Positions 11,790-23,690 of a DNA stretch of 44,975 nucleotides are shown in pieces. Under the pieces are notes generated by a model that was not told where the DNA came from, made no database searches, and was given only the letters and a program-made list of their open reading frames with translations. Location: the NCBI RefSeq assembly GCF_006345805.1, contig NW_021835018.1, positions 1 to 44,975 of the forward strand. The letters run 5' to 3'. The position numbers and the translations under genes are program-made. Within the stretch, counting starts at the first letter, position 1. Every line of letters starts with the position of its first letter. The DNA is from Octopus sinensis. Its lineage: Eukaryota.

Positions 11790-12865
11790 GACTCACCACC
11801 CAAAGGCAGACGCAGATCGTCTTTACCTACCCAGAGCTCAAGGAGGTTGAGACTTGATCCAATTTGAAATCTCCTACAAAACCACCACAGTTAGACTGGC
11901 AAAATATCTTGAAACATCTAACGACTGGATGCTAAAGCTCGTTAAAAACCATGGAAGACGTAAGAAGCTTCATTCTGTTATGAAGAAGAACAAAACAAAG
12001 TGAGTTTATGCATAATACCGAGGTTGAATAGCATGTGGGAAGTGCAGCAACTGTAGTTGCAAAGAAGGTGAAATCAACAGCAAAGCAAAATACGCTTGAA
12101 CAATTGACTGATAGGTAGGAACAAAAATCTCTGCATGACAAACATGTAGCCCGTAGCAAACAAGCTGATGTAGACCAGAGGCACACACATCAGCAGCTAC
12201 CGAACGCAGAACTGAAGGCAAAGAGTGAAGGCTTTATCTTCGCTGCCCAATATCAGAGCTTATTAAACCCGGTAAACCCAAAATGCCGATACTACAACGA
12301 CGGGGTAGAAACACTCGACCACCTAATCTCCGGATGTAAGGTTTTAGCACCTGTAGAATACAGAGTAAGACATGACAGTGTTGGTCAATGTCTACATTGG
12401 ATTATGTGTCGGCGTTATAAATCAAGACTGCTGACAAACGGTACATTACTTTGAGGTTGTAACTGAAAGAGATGTAACGATTCTTTGGGACTTCCCACTG
12501 TGTACAGACCGGACGACCAAGGCAAATACACTAGATATTTTTGTGAAAGATAAAAGCAATAAAGTATGTTTATTGATTGACATGAAAATACCGTGTGACC
12601 ATAATATATCGGCAAAAGAATTTGATAAGCTCAAAATTATAAAGATTTGCTAATCGAAATCGAAAAGGTATGGTATCTCAAGGCGGTTACAATACCAGTG
12701 ATTGTAGGAGTACTTGGAATAATAATAAAAAAAAAAAAACTGAAACTTATCTAAGAATGATCCCTGGCTTACAGGTCTACACCGAGATAGGTACCGTCCA
12801 CTCTTGCCATTTTCGCAACTTTCACAAAAATTACAGAAATGTTTCTAGTTTGCCAAAATGAGTGT
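11790..12865 (+). mobile_element. Dong/R4-like fragment (post-RT region, CCHC remnant, RLE), degraded
   Basis: HHPKADADRLYLPRAQGG; DWMLKLV; ETLDHLISGCKVLAPVEYRVRHD; LLIDMKIPCDHNISAKEFDKL. Confidence 0.8.
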
Positions 12866-13267
12866 GTTGCAGTTGTTTTTGCTTTCAAATGTGTCGTTGG
12901 AATTATTCATATTACTGATATTGTTTACAGAAATGCCATATATTTTCTTTTATTTTAAATCATGGGTGTTTTGCCATAAAATATTCTAGTTATAATATTC
13001 CTTTGTCGTTTGTTTAAACAGCGTTGATATGCAGTTATTTTCCCTTTGGCTTTCAAACGTATTTCACACAGCTATCTTGCACCTATATAACAGACAAATA
13101 AGAGAAAAATATATTTTTGAAAAACTCCTTTCGTCTGTACCTTTTTTGGACAAACTTCTGGATTGTTGAATCTGCGTATGAAATTGAATAAACAAAATAC
13201 ACTATACCTGGAAATATAACTAGGTAACAACAACTGGAGTCTATATGATCTTATTCTACTCATCCAG

Positions 13268-13353
13268 AGCTCTCCTAGGGCTAAATAAGGACAACAACAC
13301 AATGACAACAAAAAACTTAATACTAGGAATTTTAAACAGATTCCTACCGACAG
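13268..13353 (+). other. Candidate exon (86 bp)
   Basis: Acceptor cttattctactcatccag, donor CAG|gtaact. One open frame: ALLGLNKDNNTMTTKNLILGILNRFLPT. Confidence 0.22.
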
Positions 13354-13758
13354 GTAACTTAAACTATGAGAAATTGATTCCACAACACTGAACACAATTA
13401 AAAAAACATCAAAGAAAATCAGATTAATGGCTATATGAGAAATATTTAGGTGCTGTAATTACCTATAATAAAAAAGATCTTAATTCGAAAACTTCTTCGT
13501 TGAAACATCTCATTATAAAAATCATAATTTTCATATTAACATTATTGAAAGAACTATTTTAGATTGTAAATGTCATCTTTCCTGTTTCATTTTAATGTAT
13601 TATTTGTATGACTATCAGAATATAATATACTTCCTTATTTTTGCATCTATTGATTTCTTTATTAGTAATTATTGTTAATATTTCTTTTATTGTTGTTAAT
13701 GTTGTTTCTTTGGGGCTCTTTGCTGTTTTTTCTTTTTTCTTTTTTTGTTATCAAAAAG

Positions 13759-13837
13759 TACAGCTGAATGACGTGTCTTCAAGCGGCTCCTGCTTAAATT
13801 ATTGTGTATATATTAATTATTGTTATATAACGGAAGG
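13759..13837 (+). other. Candidate exon (79 bp)
   Basis: Long polypyrimidine tract, first AG at 13757-13758, donor GG|gtaaga. Open frame QLNDVSSSGSCLNYCVYINYCYITE. Confidence 0.2.
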
Positions 13838-13899
13838 GTAAGAGAAAGCCTAATATTTTATATGTCTTCAACGAGTGAGGGAAAATAATTATCGGTTTT

Positions 13900-13927
13900 A
13901 CATGCACACACACACACACACACACAC

Positions 13928-13962
<35 letters not shown>

Positions 13963-13979
13963 AATATATATATATATAT

Positions 13980-14049
<70 letters not shown>

Positions 14050-14059
14050 ATATATATGA

Positions 14060-14096
<37 letters not shown>

Positions 14097-14101
14097 GATA
14101 T

Positions 14102-14133
<32 letters not shown>

Positions 14134-14248
14134 CACAAATATATATATATAATATATATACATATATATATATATAAACTAATTCTTATCGCCATATTAA
14201 TATGGTAATCTTTTAGAGAGACTTAGTAATTTTAATATTTCTATTATA

Positions 14249-14291
<43 letters not shown>

Positions 14292-14428
14292 ATATATATT
14301 ATATATATATATTATATATATATATATATGTTTATATATATATATATTACATATATATATATATATATGAATACATACATACATATATATATATATTATA
14401 TTATATATATTATATATATAATATATAT
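13900..14428. repeat. (CA)n/(TA)n microsatellite arrays
   Basis: Direct reading. Confidence 0.92.
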
Positions 14429-14921
14429 TCTTTAGTTAAGCCTTCTCTGGCGAGATTGTTTGATGGCCGCTTTCGTTGTTGGTCAACGGTGATGCATAGA
14501 CACTTAATTACTTCTACTGTGCTTGGACTGTTTCCAGAGGCAGGTTACTAGTCCACTTGCTATCTCTTCACTCTGGCTACTCCACGAAAGAAAAATACGT
14601 CAATACGTTCGCAGCATTCATGCAGTCACAGACGACGCCATATGTTGATGACATATAGCCGTACATATTTGCATTAGGCTCCTGCATCAGGATTTTCTGT
14701 AGAGGTCTACTCTGGGAGATTCCATGTTAGTAAAGCTGCAAGATAGTGTTGATTTTCATAATACACACGGATGATCCTCATGTCTATAGGAGAGGTTAGT
14801 AAACAAACTTTTGCTACCTAGGTAAGTATTCCTACAATATCAGCAATATTTGCATTATTAATGGCAATGCTAACGGCAATACCAATACGAATATATGATA
14901 ACGCCAGAATACTTATGTAGA

Positions 14922-15698
14922 AGGCGGCGAGCTGGCAGAAACGTTAGCACGCCGGGCGAAATGCTTACCGGTATTTCGTCTGCCGCTACGTTCTGAGTTC
15001 AAATTCCGCCGAGGTCGACTTTGCCTTTCATCCTTTCGGGGTCGATAAATTAAATACCAGTTACCCACTGGGGTCGATGTAATCGACTTAATCCGTTTGT
15101 CTGTCCTTGTTTGTCTCCTCTGTGTTTAGCTCCTTGTGGGTAGTAAAGAAATAGAAATAGGTATTTCGTTTGGCGTTACGTTCTGAGTACAAATTCCGCC
15201 AAGGTCGACTTATCCTTTCGAGGTCGATAAATTAAGAACCAGTTACGCAATGGGGTCGATGTAATCGACTTAATCCGTTTGTTTGTCTTTGTTTGTCCTC
15301 TCTGTGTGTAGCCCCTTGTGGGTAGTAGATATATCGATTTTAGTTTCTTGTGTCTTGATCCTGAGGTTCAAATCTTCCGACGCCTTACACTAGTTCTTTT
15401 CATGCAAGCAACTTAACAAATTAGAAGCAGGTTCAAATACTGAGGTTCAAATCTTCCGACGACTTACACTAGTTCTTTTCATGCAAGCATCTAAACAAAT
15501 TAAATGCAGGGATATATTTATTACATTAGTTCTAAGTGACACAATGTATCTTAAGACATTTTACTTTGCCTTTCATCCTTTCGAGGTCGATAAATTAAGA
15601 ACCACTTACGCAATGGGGTCAATGTAATCGACTTAATCCGTTTGTCTCTCCTTGTTTGTCCCCTCTATGTTTAGCCCCTTGTGGATAATAAAGAAATA
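14922..15698 (+). mobile_element. Composite SINE-B insertion: full SINE, partial SINE, inverted local DNA, partial SINE; bounded by a 16-bp TSD
   Basis: TSD agaatacttatgtaga at 14906-14921 and 15699-15714. 15288-15565 is the reverse complement of 7503-7780. Confidence 0.85.
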
Positions 15699-15925
15699 AG
15701 AATACTTATGTAGAGGTTACAGTCTGTGCCCAGTGAAGACTCACTGCAACCAGAAGCCAATATGAACTGGACAATGGACATACAGTTATATGTCGGTGCA
15801 ATCGAAAACCACATTAAAGTTATGCTGTATAACCCTCTTTTAGTATCCAGGAAAGGAACGTGTGTGAATGTGCGTGTGTGCGATCAAGTGTGTATGTGTG
15901 TGCGTATGTGCATGTTAGTGTGTGT

Positions 15926-16015
15926 GTAAGTTTGTGTGCGGGTAAGACTGTGTGTAAGTTTGTGTGCGGGTAAGACTGTGTGTAAGTTTGTGTGCGGGTA
16001 AGACTGTGTGTAAGT
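15926..16015 (+). repeat. 28-bp minisatellite, 3 copies plus a partial
   Basis: Unit gtaagtttgtgtgcgggtaagactgtgt at 15926, 15954 and 15982. Confidence 0.95.
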
Positions 16016-16022
16016 GTGCCTA

Positions 16023-16069
<47 letters not shown>

Positions 16070-16343
16070 TACTAATTTTGCTATTCCTACCAACTTACAA
16101 TAAACCCCACATTTTTTGCGACTTATGATATTTTTCGATGTTTCATTAACAGGGGTTGCTGTGTGGTAAGTAGCTTGCTTACGAACCACATATTAAGAAA
16201 AGCATCCTGTATTGTGTGCCATCCTTTAAATTCGACAGGCTTTGTAGTCCTAAATATCCTGATCATTTGTTGTGTATTAATTTAGGGTATGTATATACGT
16301 ATGTATACATACAACATACATACACACACACACACACACACAC

Positions 16344-16375
<32 letters not shown>

Positions 16376-16449
16376 CACACGCATATATATATATATTGGC
16401 TAAACTGGCAAAATGACCATTCCGAAATATAACAATATATATATATATT

Positions 16450-18470
16450 GCTCGCTCAGTTCATGTGTTTATCTCGTTGTGGCAGCGTCCTTGTTGTGTT
16501 TATCTCAGTGATTTTGTTTCGTTTTGTGCATTTTTGCTATGATTTCATAATAATTAGTTTTGTTATCCATGGGTCCTGATAAACATGAGAGAGGAGTGCG
16601 TGTAGTGGACATAGCACGTGAATACGACCGAAGCACGTCGACGATCTACACCATCCTGAAGTAAAAGGACGAGATCAAGGCCGTTACAACAAATAGCAAA
16701 GGGTGTCTTCCAGCCTCTCTAAGCAAAGTACATCTGTCGAAGAAAGGATGGAAAACTTGCTTTTCCTGTGGATCAACGAGAAGCAACTCACAGGGGTACG
16801 ATTCCGGAGACCATCACTTACGAAAAAGCACAAGCACTGTATGGGGATCTCCTGAACAAAACCCTGGAACATCGACGGAGGAGACATCAGTAGACGCATT
16901 TAAGGCCAATCGCGGCTGGTCTGATAATTTTAGGAAGGGGACTGGTGTTCATACCGTCGTCAGGAAGGAGAAGTAGCGAGTTCTGACACTGAAGGCAGCT
17001 GAAGATTTTGTGCGTGAATTCCTTCAGCTCATCGCTGTCGAGGGGTACATCACACAACAGGTATTCAACTGTGATGAAGTACCTACACAACTGCAGAGGA
17101 GAATTAAATGCCAGGCCCCAAGCCTATGAAAGATAAGCTAACTCTAGCCCTTTGTACCAATGTGAGTGGAGACTTGAAGATTAAGCTGATCCTTGTCAAC
17201 CATTCCGAAAATCCGCGAGTATTCATGTTACACAAAAACGTGAAGGAGAAGCTGTGGATCATGTGAAAGAGAAACGATAAAGTCTAACTCTCCAGGCAAT
17301 TCTTCGGCGAGTGGATCAACTTTGTATTCGGACCAGCAATAAAAAACGTACATTCTGGAAAACAATCTTTCACTCAAGGCCCTTCTCATCCTCAACAATG
17401 ACCCTGCTCACGCTCCTAACCTCCAAGGTGATATCCTGGACGAATTTAGATTTATAAAAGCTCTGTATCTTTCACGCAACACCCGTATCTTGCAGCCCAT
17501 GGACCAACAGGTAATTTCTAATTTTAAGAAATTGTACACCAAACACCTGCTTCGTTGGTACTTTGAAGTCACCGAAAATACAAATGTAACACTTTGTGAG
17601 TTTGGGAAGGGCACTACAACATTGTACATTGTCTGAAAATCATCGACATAGTCTGACGGAGTATCGAGGAGAACGCAAAATTCTGCATGGGGTAAGCTGT
17701 GGCCTGACTCAGAATTCGAAAGAGACTTTGAGGCATTTGAGTCTGAGACACCTGTAGCCGAGAAGATTGTGTTTCTTGGAAAGTCCATGGACCTCGAGGT
17801 TGATGAGGACATCGACGATCTCGTCGAGAAAAACTTAGAGGGCCAGACGGCAGATGAACTCCTGCAGCTTCAGGAGCAGCAGCATTTCGATGTGGTAGAA
17901 GAGATTGGTTTCCCGGAGGAGGATAATGTAGCAGAGAATGCAATCACTGCGAGTGACATAAAGGTAGTGTTGGTAAATTGGTAGTATGTTACCTTAATTT
18001 GTAGAAATATATCATCCTGAAAAAGTAGCTACAGATCGTGCAGCTGCTTTATTTAATGACACTACTCTGACACGTTTTCGTAGCATTTTGAAAGGCAGTA
18101 AAAAGTAAACTTCTCTTTGTAGGTTTCTAATGAAACGACCTGCAAGTGTAAGAAGTTAAGAAAGTGTGTTCAGAAAGCCTAAATTAGGCAAAGTGAGAGA
18201 GAAAACGCCAGAAATTGTTCTTCCTGAAGTCTTAACGGGAGGAGAATCGCCTTCCAAACAGTAGTCCTCCTCCTTCCCGCTCTGCCGTCTTCCTCGTGCA
18301 CAAATGGTTCCATCTCGAAGGTAATTCAGTTAATAAAACCAGTTTACATATTTCTTTTGCATTGTCTTTCTTATAATTGTCCTTTTACTTGTAACTACAC
18401 CTTTTCTGATTTAAAACCCATTAATATTTATTTGAGGGTGGTTTTGTAGGGCCGGAACAGATTTGCAATT
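16450..18470 (+). mobile_element. pogo/Tigger-type DNA transposon, decayed transposase
   Basis: HERGVRVVDIAREYDRSTSTIYTILK (HTH); MENLLFLWINEKQL; FKANRGW (CENP-B HTH); QQVFNCDE; LQPMDQQVISNFKKLY (DDE); GKSMDLEVDEDIDDLVE (ORF 17769..17984). Multiple stops and frameshifts; TIRs not resolved, ends approximate. Confidence 0.85.
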
Positions 18471-18577
18471 TAAAGTTATTAAATTTAACTGTGCCTAGAA
18501 AAGGTTATATTGGGTTTGTACGAAAGCCATCGTTCAATTCATCAGAGACATAGTGAACATGTCATAAGATATAAATG

Positions 18578-18631
<54 letters not shown>

Positions 18632-18699
18632 GTGTGTGTGTGTGTGTGTGTGTGTCTGTGTGTCTGTGTGTGTGTATGTATATATATATATGTATGTAT

Positions 18700-18781
<82 letters not shown>

Positions 18782-19741
18782 ATAGATATATATATGATTG
18801 AAGAATATACAACAATATACGGAAAACAGGTGAAAGACCCAAAACAGAGTGTATTTGTTTTACGCCGAAGAACAATGGAAGAATTCATTAATGTTTCGAG
18901 ACTACGCTCTTCAACAAACAGGAGGGAAAACTGGTGGAGCAAAAAATGATGAGGAAAAAGCGTGTCTGAATTAATGGTACTTCATGTTGAATATTTGGTA
19001 TATATATATATACATATATACACACACTCTCATACACTCACAGATAGATACATATATACATACACACGCGTGTGTGCATGTATGGATATATATGTGTGTC
19101 TATGTGTGTGTATCCAGTAAATTTTTGTATATCCCATTCTTTATATTATATACAAGGGAAAGAGAAAGAGAGAGAGAGAGAGGTGTTGGAGGAGAGATCA
19201 CTCATCTGTGTAAATTGATGCGTCGAGTTATGTCCGTTTACACCAAAATAGATGTCAAAATCAGTCATTCGTGTAAGAGTCATCGTTAAAAAATATGTAC
19301 CAGATTGTAATAAAAACTGCAGTCGATATGAATAACCAACACTCACTGACTGAATCCATAGCATATATAAACAGATAAGCAAATAAATAAATACTTACGT
19401 TGAGCAGTATGGTATAATGCTTTGGTTTCCGTATTCAACATAACAGCCAGTTTCTCTGTATTTCGTACAATTTCTTTCCTTCATTTTTCCGAAATTTTCA
19501 ACTGTTTAGGAAATTGCTGTTTCGCTTCTTTTCTTTTATTTTTTTTTTTATTTTTTTTTTTTTTTTCATAAATATCATTTATTGTGTGTGTGGCTTTTTT
19601 TTTCGTCTTTTTTTAAAATAATATTTTATATTTTGTTGGTAATTTTTTTTTTTAAATACTGTATTATATTTTCTGTGTGTTTAAATGACTGGAAGAAAAA
19701 CAAAATAATAAAGATGCTAGAGAAATATAAAATGTAAAATT

Positions 19742-19955
<214 letters not shown>

Positions 19956-20387
19956 TACAAAGAGAAAGTTATGAGTAAACAAAAGATAAGTAAAAAAGGA
20001 AAAACGGTATTTTATAGAAAGTACATTAAATGCTTGCAAAAAATACAACGAATTATAAAATGCGATATAAAAAAGGAAAGAAACAAATAAAATAATATAG
20101 AAACCTAAGTAAGGTAAAAACGAAATGATGGATGTGTTATTAAAATTTATCATTCATTGTTTTTATTTGTTATATGGACGTTGTATTATCGTGAAACTTT
20201 AGGTTTACGCTTGATTTTTATTTTTCATTATTTTTTTTTTTTTTGCTTTTGTTTTTTTCTTCGAGATATATCATACGCTAATTTTTCTTCTTATTCTCAA
20301 TACTGTTATGGCAGATGATGCTAGTATTGTAGTTTTTCTTCTCTTTCTTCTTACAACAAAACATCATCATCAACATCATCATCATCA

Positions 20388-20450
<63 letters not shown>

Positions 20451-22169
20451 GTTGAATCATTAGAGCCTCGGACAAGATAATTAGCGGCATTTCTTCCGCT
20501 TAAATTCTGAGTTCACATTCCACTGTGGCTGACTTCGCTTTTCATCCTCCTGCGGTCTATAAAATGAGTAACAATTGAACCAATGGGGATAAATGCTCAC
20601 CTTGAATTTCTGGCCTCGTGACCAGAATTTATACTAGCAAGCAGACACGATCATCATAACTATCACCCACTGTGTTTTTTTTTAGATCACACACACACAC
20701 ATAAAAAAAAAAGAATACGGGATTTGATCTATTTGCTGGTTAAAACGAAGATATGTGATAATGCATATTGAAAAGACTGAAACCGGTCGCTTTCTTCCTT
20801 AGCCAAGCTATCACCAACTTCCGGTTGCACTTCTGTTTCCAAAGTTACTCTTCTAAGCATCAACCAGAGAAAAGAGTCACTCACCTAGAAATTTATGAGA
20901 CCAGGGTGAATTTGCCAAATGTCGCCATATGCAAATGAAGCGACAGCTTTGCTGCGTGATGGGCATCAACCAGTTGATTTATTCGATAATAAGGGTCTCC
21001 CTCATTGGGCGGTCACATAGTTTCATCACTGTCAGAAATCAGTATTATGAATTTGTTGAAATTAATGAATTGAATATGTTGGAAGAGTGACAAACTAAAC
21101 TCCTTATGATATATAATTAAAACATTTTACATGCAAGGTTAGCACCACTAATACCTCGAACATAACGCTCATGCTTCCGGATTCTTTCAGACAGGAATTT
21201 GTTACATATCCACCAAAATTTGTATCCTCATTCTTCCACAAATTATTAAATATAATGTCCATGGTGTAACCATCTCATTTAATTTCATATTCTTTTGTGC
21301 TGGACACTTGGACAACGAAACTATTTTTAAAACCATTTTGATGTGAATTGATATTTTGAAGAGGCACCGTTCTTTTAGTTTGGTAGCGTACTTGCATTAA
21401 ACGGTTCTACAATGTCCATCATATACTACTGAGCGAAAATGTTCAGCTTCTCCACAATCGATCTACATTCCAAGGATATTATTCAAATATGGCATCTTGT
21501 TTTCGCACGTGTGTTATGTTATTTCAACAATATGCTTTGTATGTATTAATCTCAAGTAAGAAATAAAATAAATAACAATAGTCTTACTTGGAATGCAAAT
21601 AATACATTACATTTCTTGGTTGTTTTAGTATTTTTCCTTTTTTTTTTATTTACTGATATTGGACTGGCAGAATCGCTAGAATACCGGGATTATGCGTTGC
21701 GATATGTGTTTTGAAATTTCTGGGTTAATTTCCAACCGGGATCAAATTTACTGGTCACTCCTCTGGGATCGATGAAATAAACACCGAATCAAGTGCTGGC
21801 ATCGATGGTATTGACACTGACAGAAATTTTAGAGTCTCGAACAAAATGATTAACAAAAATTCTTTACATTCTGAGCTCAAATCTTGATCAGGTCAATTTG
21901 CTTTTCATCCCTCTAAGTTCGATAAAATACAAATCAAGTAAATTTTTTTTCGATGGTATTGATCGAATCCCTTTCTGTTTATATCAGAAACCATTACTAT
22001 TTCTGTTGTTGTTTTCATAGCTGTTGCTGCAACAGTAGTCATAACTGATCCTATTCCTCTTGTATACAGTAATTCCTCGCCATATCACGGTTCACCTATC
22101 GCGGTTTATTTTTTACGCTTACGTCGATTCCTTTTGCATTTAAAATAAAATAAATATATACAAAACAGA

Positions 22170-22620
22170 CGGTCAGTAGCGACGCCTGCTGGGTTCGGCT
22201 ACTCTGCATCGATAAAGAGCAAATACCCTAAAACATGTCTGCAGATGCCTGACCCCTGTTCGAAGATTATAATGGACACAGGTTCGTGTGTCATATAGCT
22301 AGCTAGAGGCGATGGCCTCTTGGAGCTAATCAACGGCAGCTTTCGTGGTGGTGGTGGTGGTGGTGGTGGTGGTGGTGGTGGTGGTGGTGTTGGTGGTGGT
22401 GGTGGTGGTAACAATGTTGACGGTTGTAGCGTTCGTCGCGATGGTGGTCCTGGTTGCGATGACATATATATAATACATAGCGATGGTGGAGGTGGTGATA
22501 TTGGCAGAAATGCTGCCTCTCCTCCCGATACTGATTCTAATAGTAAACGAACACACATAAATGGTGTTAGCCATGGTGGCGACGGCGGCGAAGGATGTTG
22601 GTTTTGCGTGGGAGAAAAAC
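22170..22620. other. GC/CpG-enriched island with a (GGT)n tract and long open frames on both strands
   Basis: Locally CpG-rich. ORFs 22199..22558 (-, Pro-rich) and 22320..22658 (+, Gly-rich) share the same codon register. Coding status unknown. Confidence 0.3.
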
Positions 22621-23154
22621 TTTTAGTATATTTCAGATGGTCACATATCGTTAAATAAACTTAGCCATTTAACTACTTTCAAATTAGAGTCAGTTAAATG
22701 GACTTTAATTGGCACGTTGGTCAATAATAAATAGTTTTAGACCTGACGAATCAATGACCGTTGGGGAAATTTTTCCAAGACAGATACATTCAATTGTTTA
22801 AGTGTTCTGTATAATGTGTGTGTATGTACATATGTATGTATGCATGGATGTAGTTCTTTTTAACAAGAACGATCGTTGTTGTTTTCCGCCTTGTCTACGA
22901 TTGCAAAACCTACGTGAAAAACACAGTCTTAACAAAGTATTCAATAGATAAAGACATGACATATAAGAAGGCGCAATCATTGCAGGGAGTTCTATGAGGA
23001 GTGGGGGGGGGAGATTGCAGAGACAAACAGAAGGATGGTTATACTCGCTATATTCTTGGTGGGTTTTGTACACAGAATAGAGCAAACTGAACGCTAGAGA
23101 GGAACAAACTGAAAACAAACAAGATAGAGAGAACAACTATACAGAGAGACACAC

Positions 23155-23155
23155 G

Positions 23156-23186
<31 letters not shown>

Positions 23187-23411
23187 TGAGGGATTGAGTG
23201 AGTGAGTGAGTGAGTGAGTGAGTGAGTGAGTGAGTGAGGGGATAGGGAAAAGAGTAATAGAAATGGTAAGATGTATTCCAGTAGGGAAAATAAGCATAGA
23301 GATAAGAGTGCAGAAGTGCGTATACGCTTGCGTGTGTAGTTGTGTACATATGTATACATACATACGCACACAATGTACACACATTCAAATATACACACTC
23401 ACACACACATA

Positions 23412-23467
<56 letters not shown>

Positions 23468-23483
23468 TCCGTGTGTATATATG

Positions 23484-23543
<60 letters not shown>

Positions 23544-23690
23544 TATCCGTGTGTATATATGTATATATATATATATATATATGTAGATATATATATATCT
23601 ATATCTATATATATGTATGTATATGTGCATATACATTATGTTATATATGTATATATATGTGTGTGTGTATGTGTATGTGTGTGTCTATAT
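23155..23690. repeat. (GA)n/(GAGT)n and (TA)n/(CA)n microsatellite block
   Basis: Direct reading; includes a duplicated acatatatccgtgtgtatatatgtat unit. Confidence 0.9.

Noticed and set aside
13072-13395. 107-aa minus-strand ORF with a hydrophobic N-terminus
   Set aside because: No recognisable homology; it overlaps the plus-strand exon candidate in antisense, and T-rich DNA gives hydrophobic peptides by default.
21130-21420. Possible Penelope GIY-YIG remnant on the minus strand (YEIK*DG; FLSERIRKHERYVRG)
   Set aside because: The motifs lie in different frames and the YIG/YVG residues are missing; too degraded to support.
22326-22574. ORF with a perfect Kozak context (MANTIYVCSF...poly-T)
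   Set aside because: GCC/ACC-rich low-complexity DNA makes the context likely by chance, and the product is mostly repeat. Kept only as part of the GC-island finding.
22741-22780. CTGACGA...GAAA hammerhead-like motif
   Set aside because: Stem II is out of register, and there is no stem I or valid stem III.
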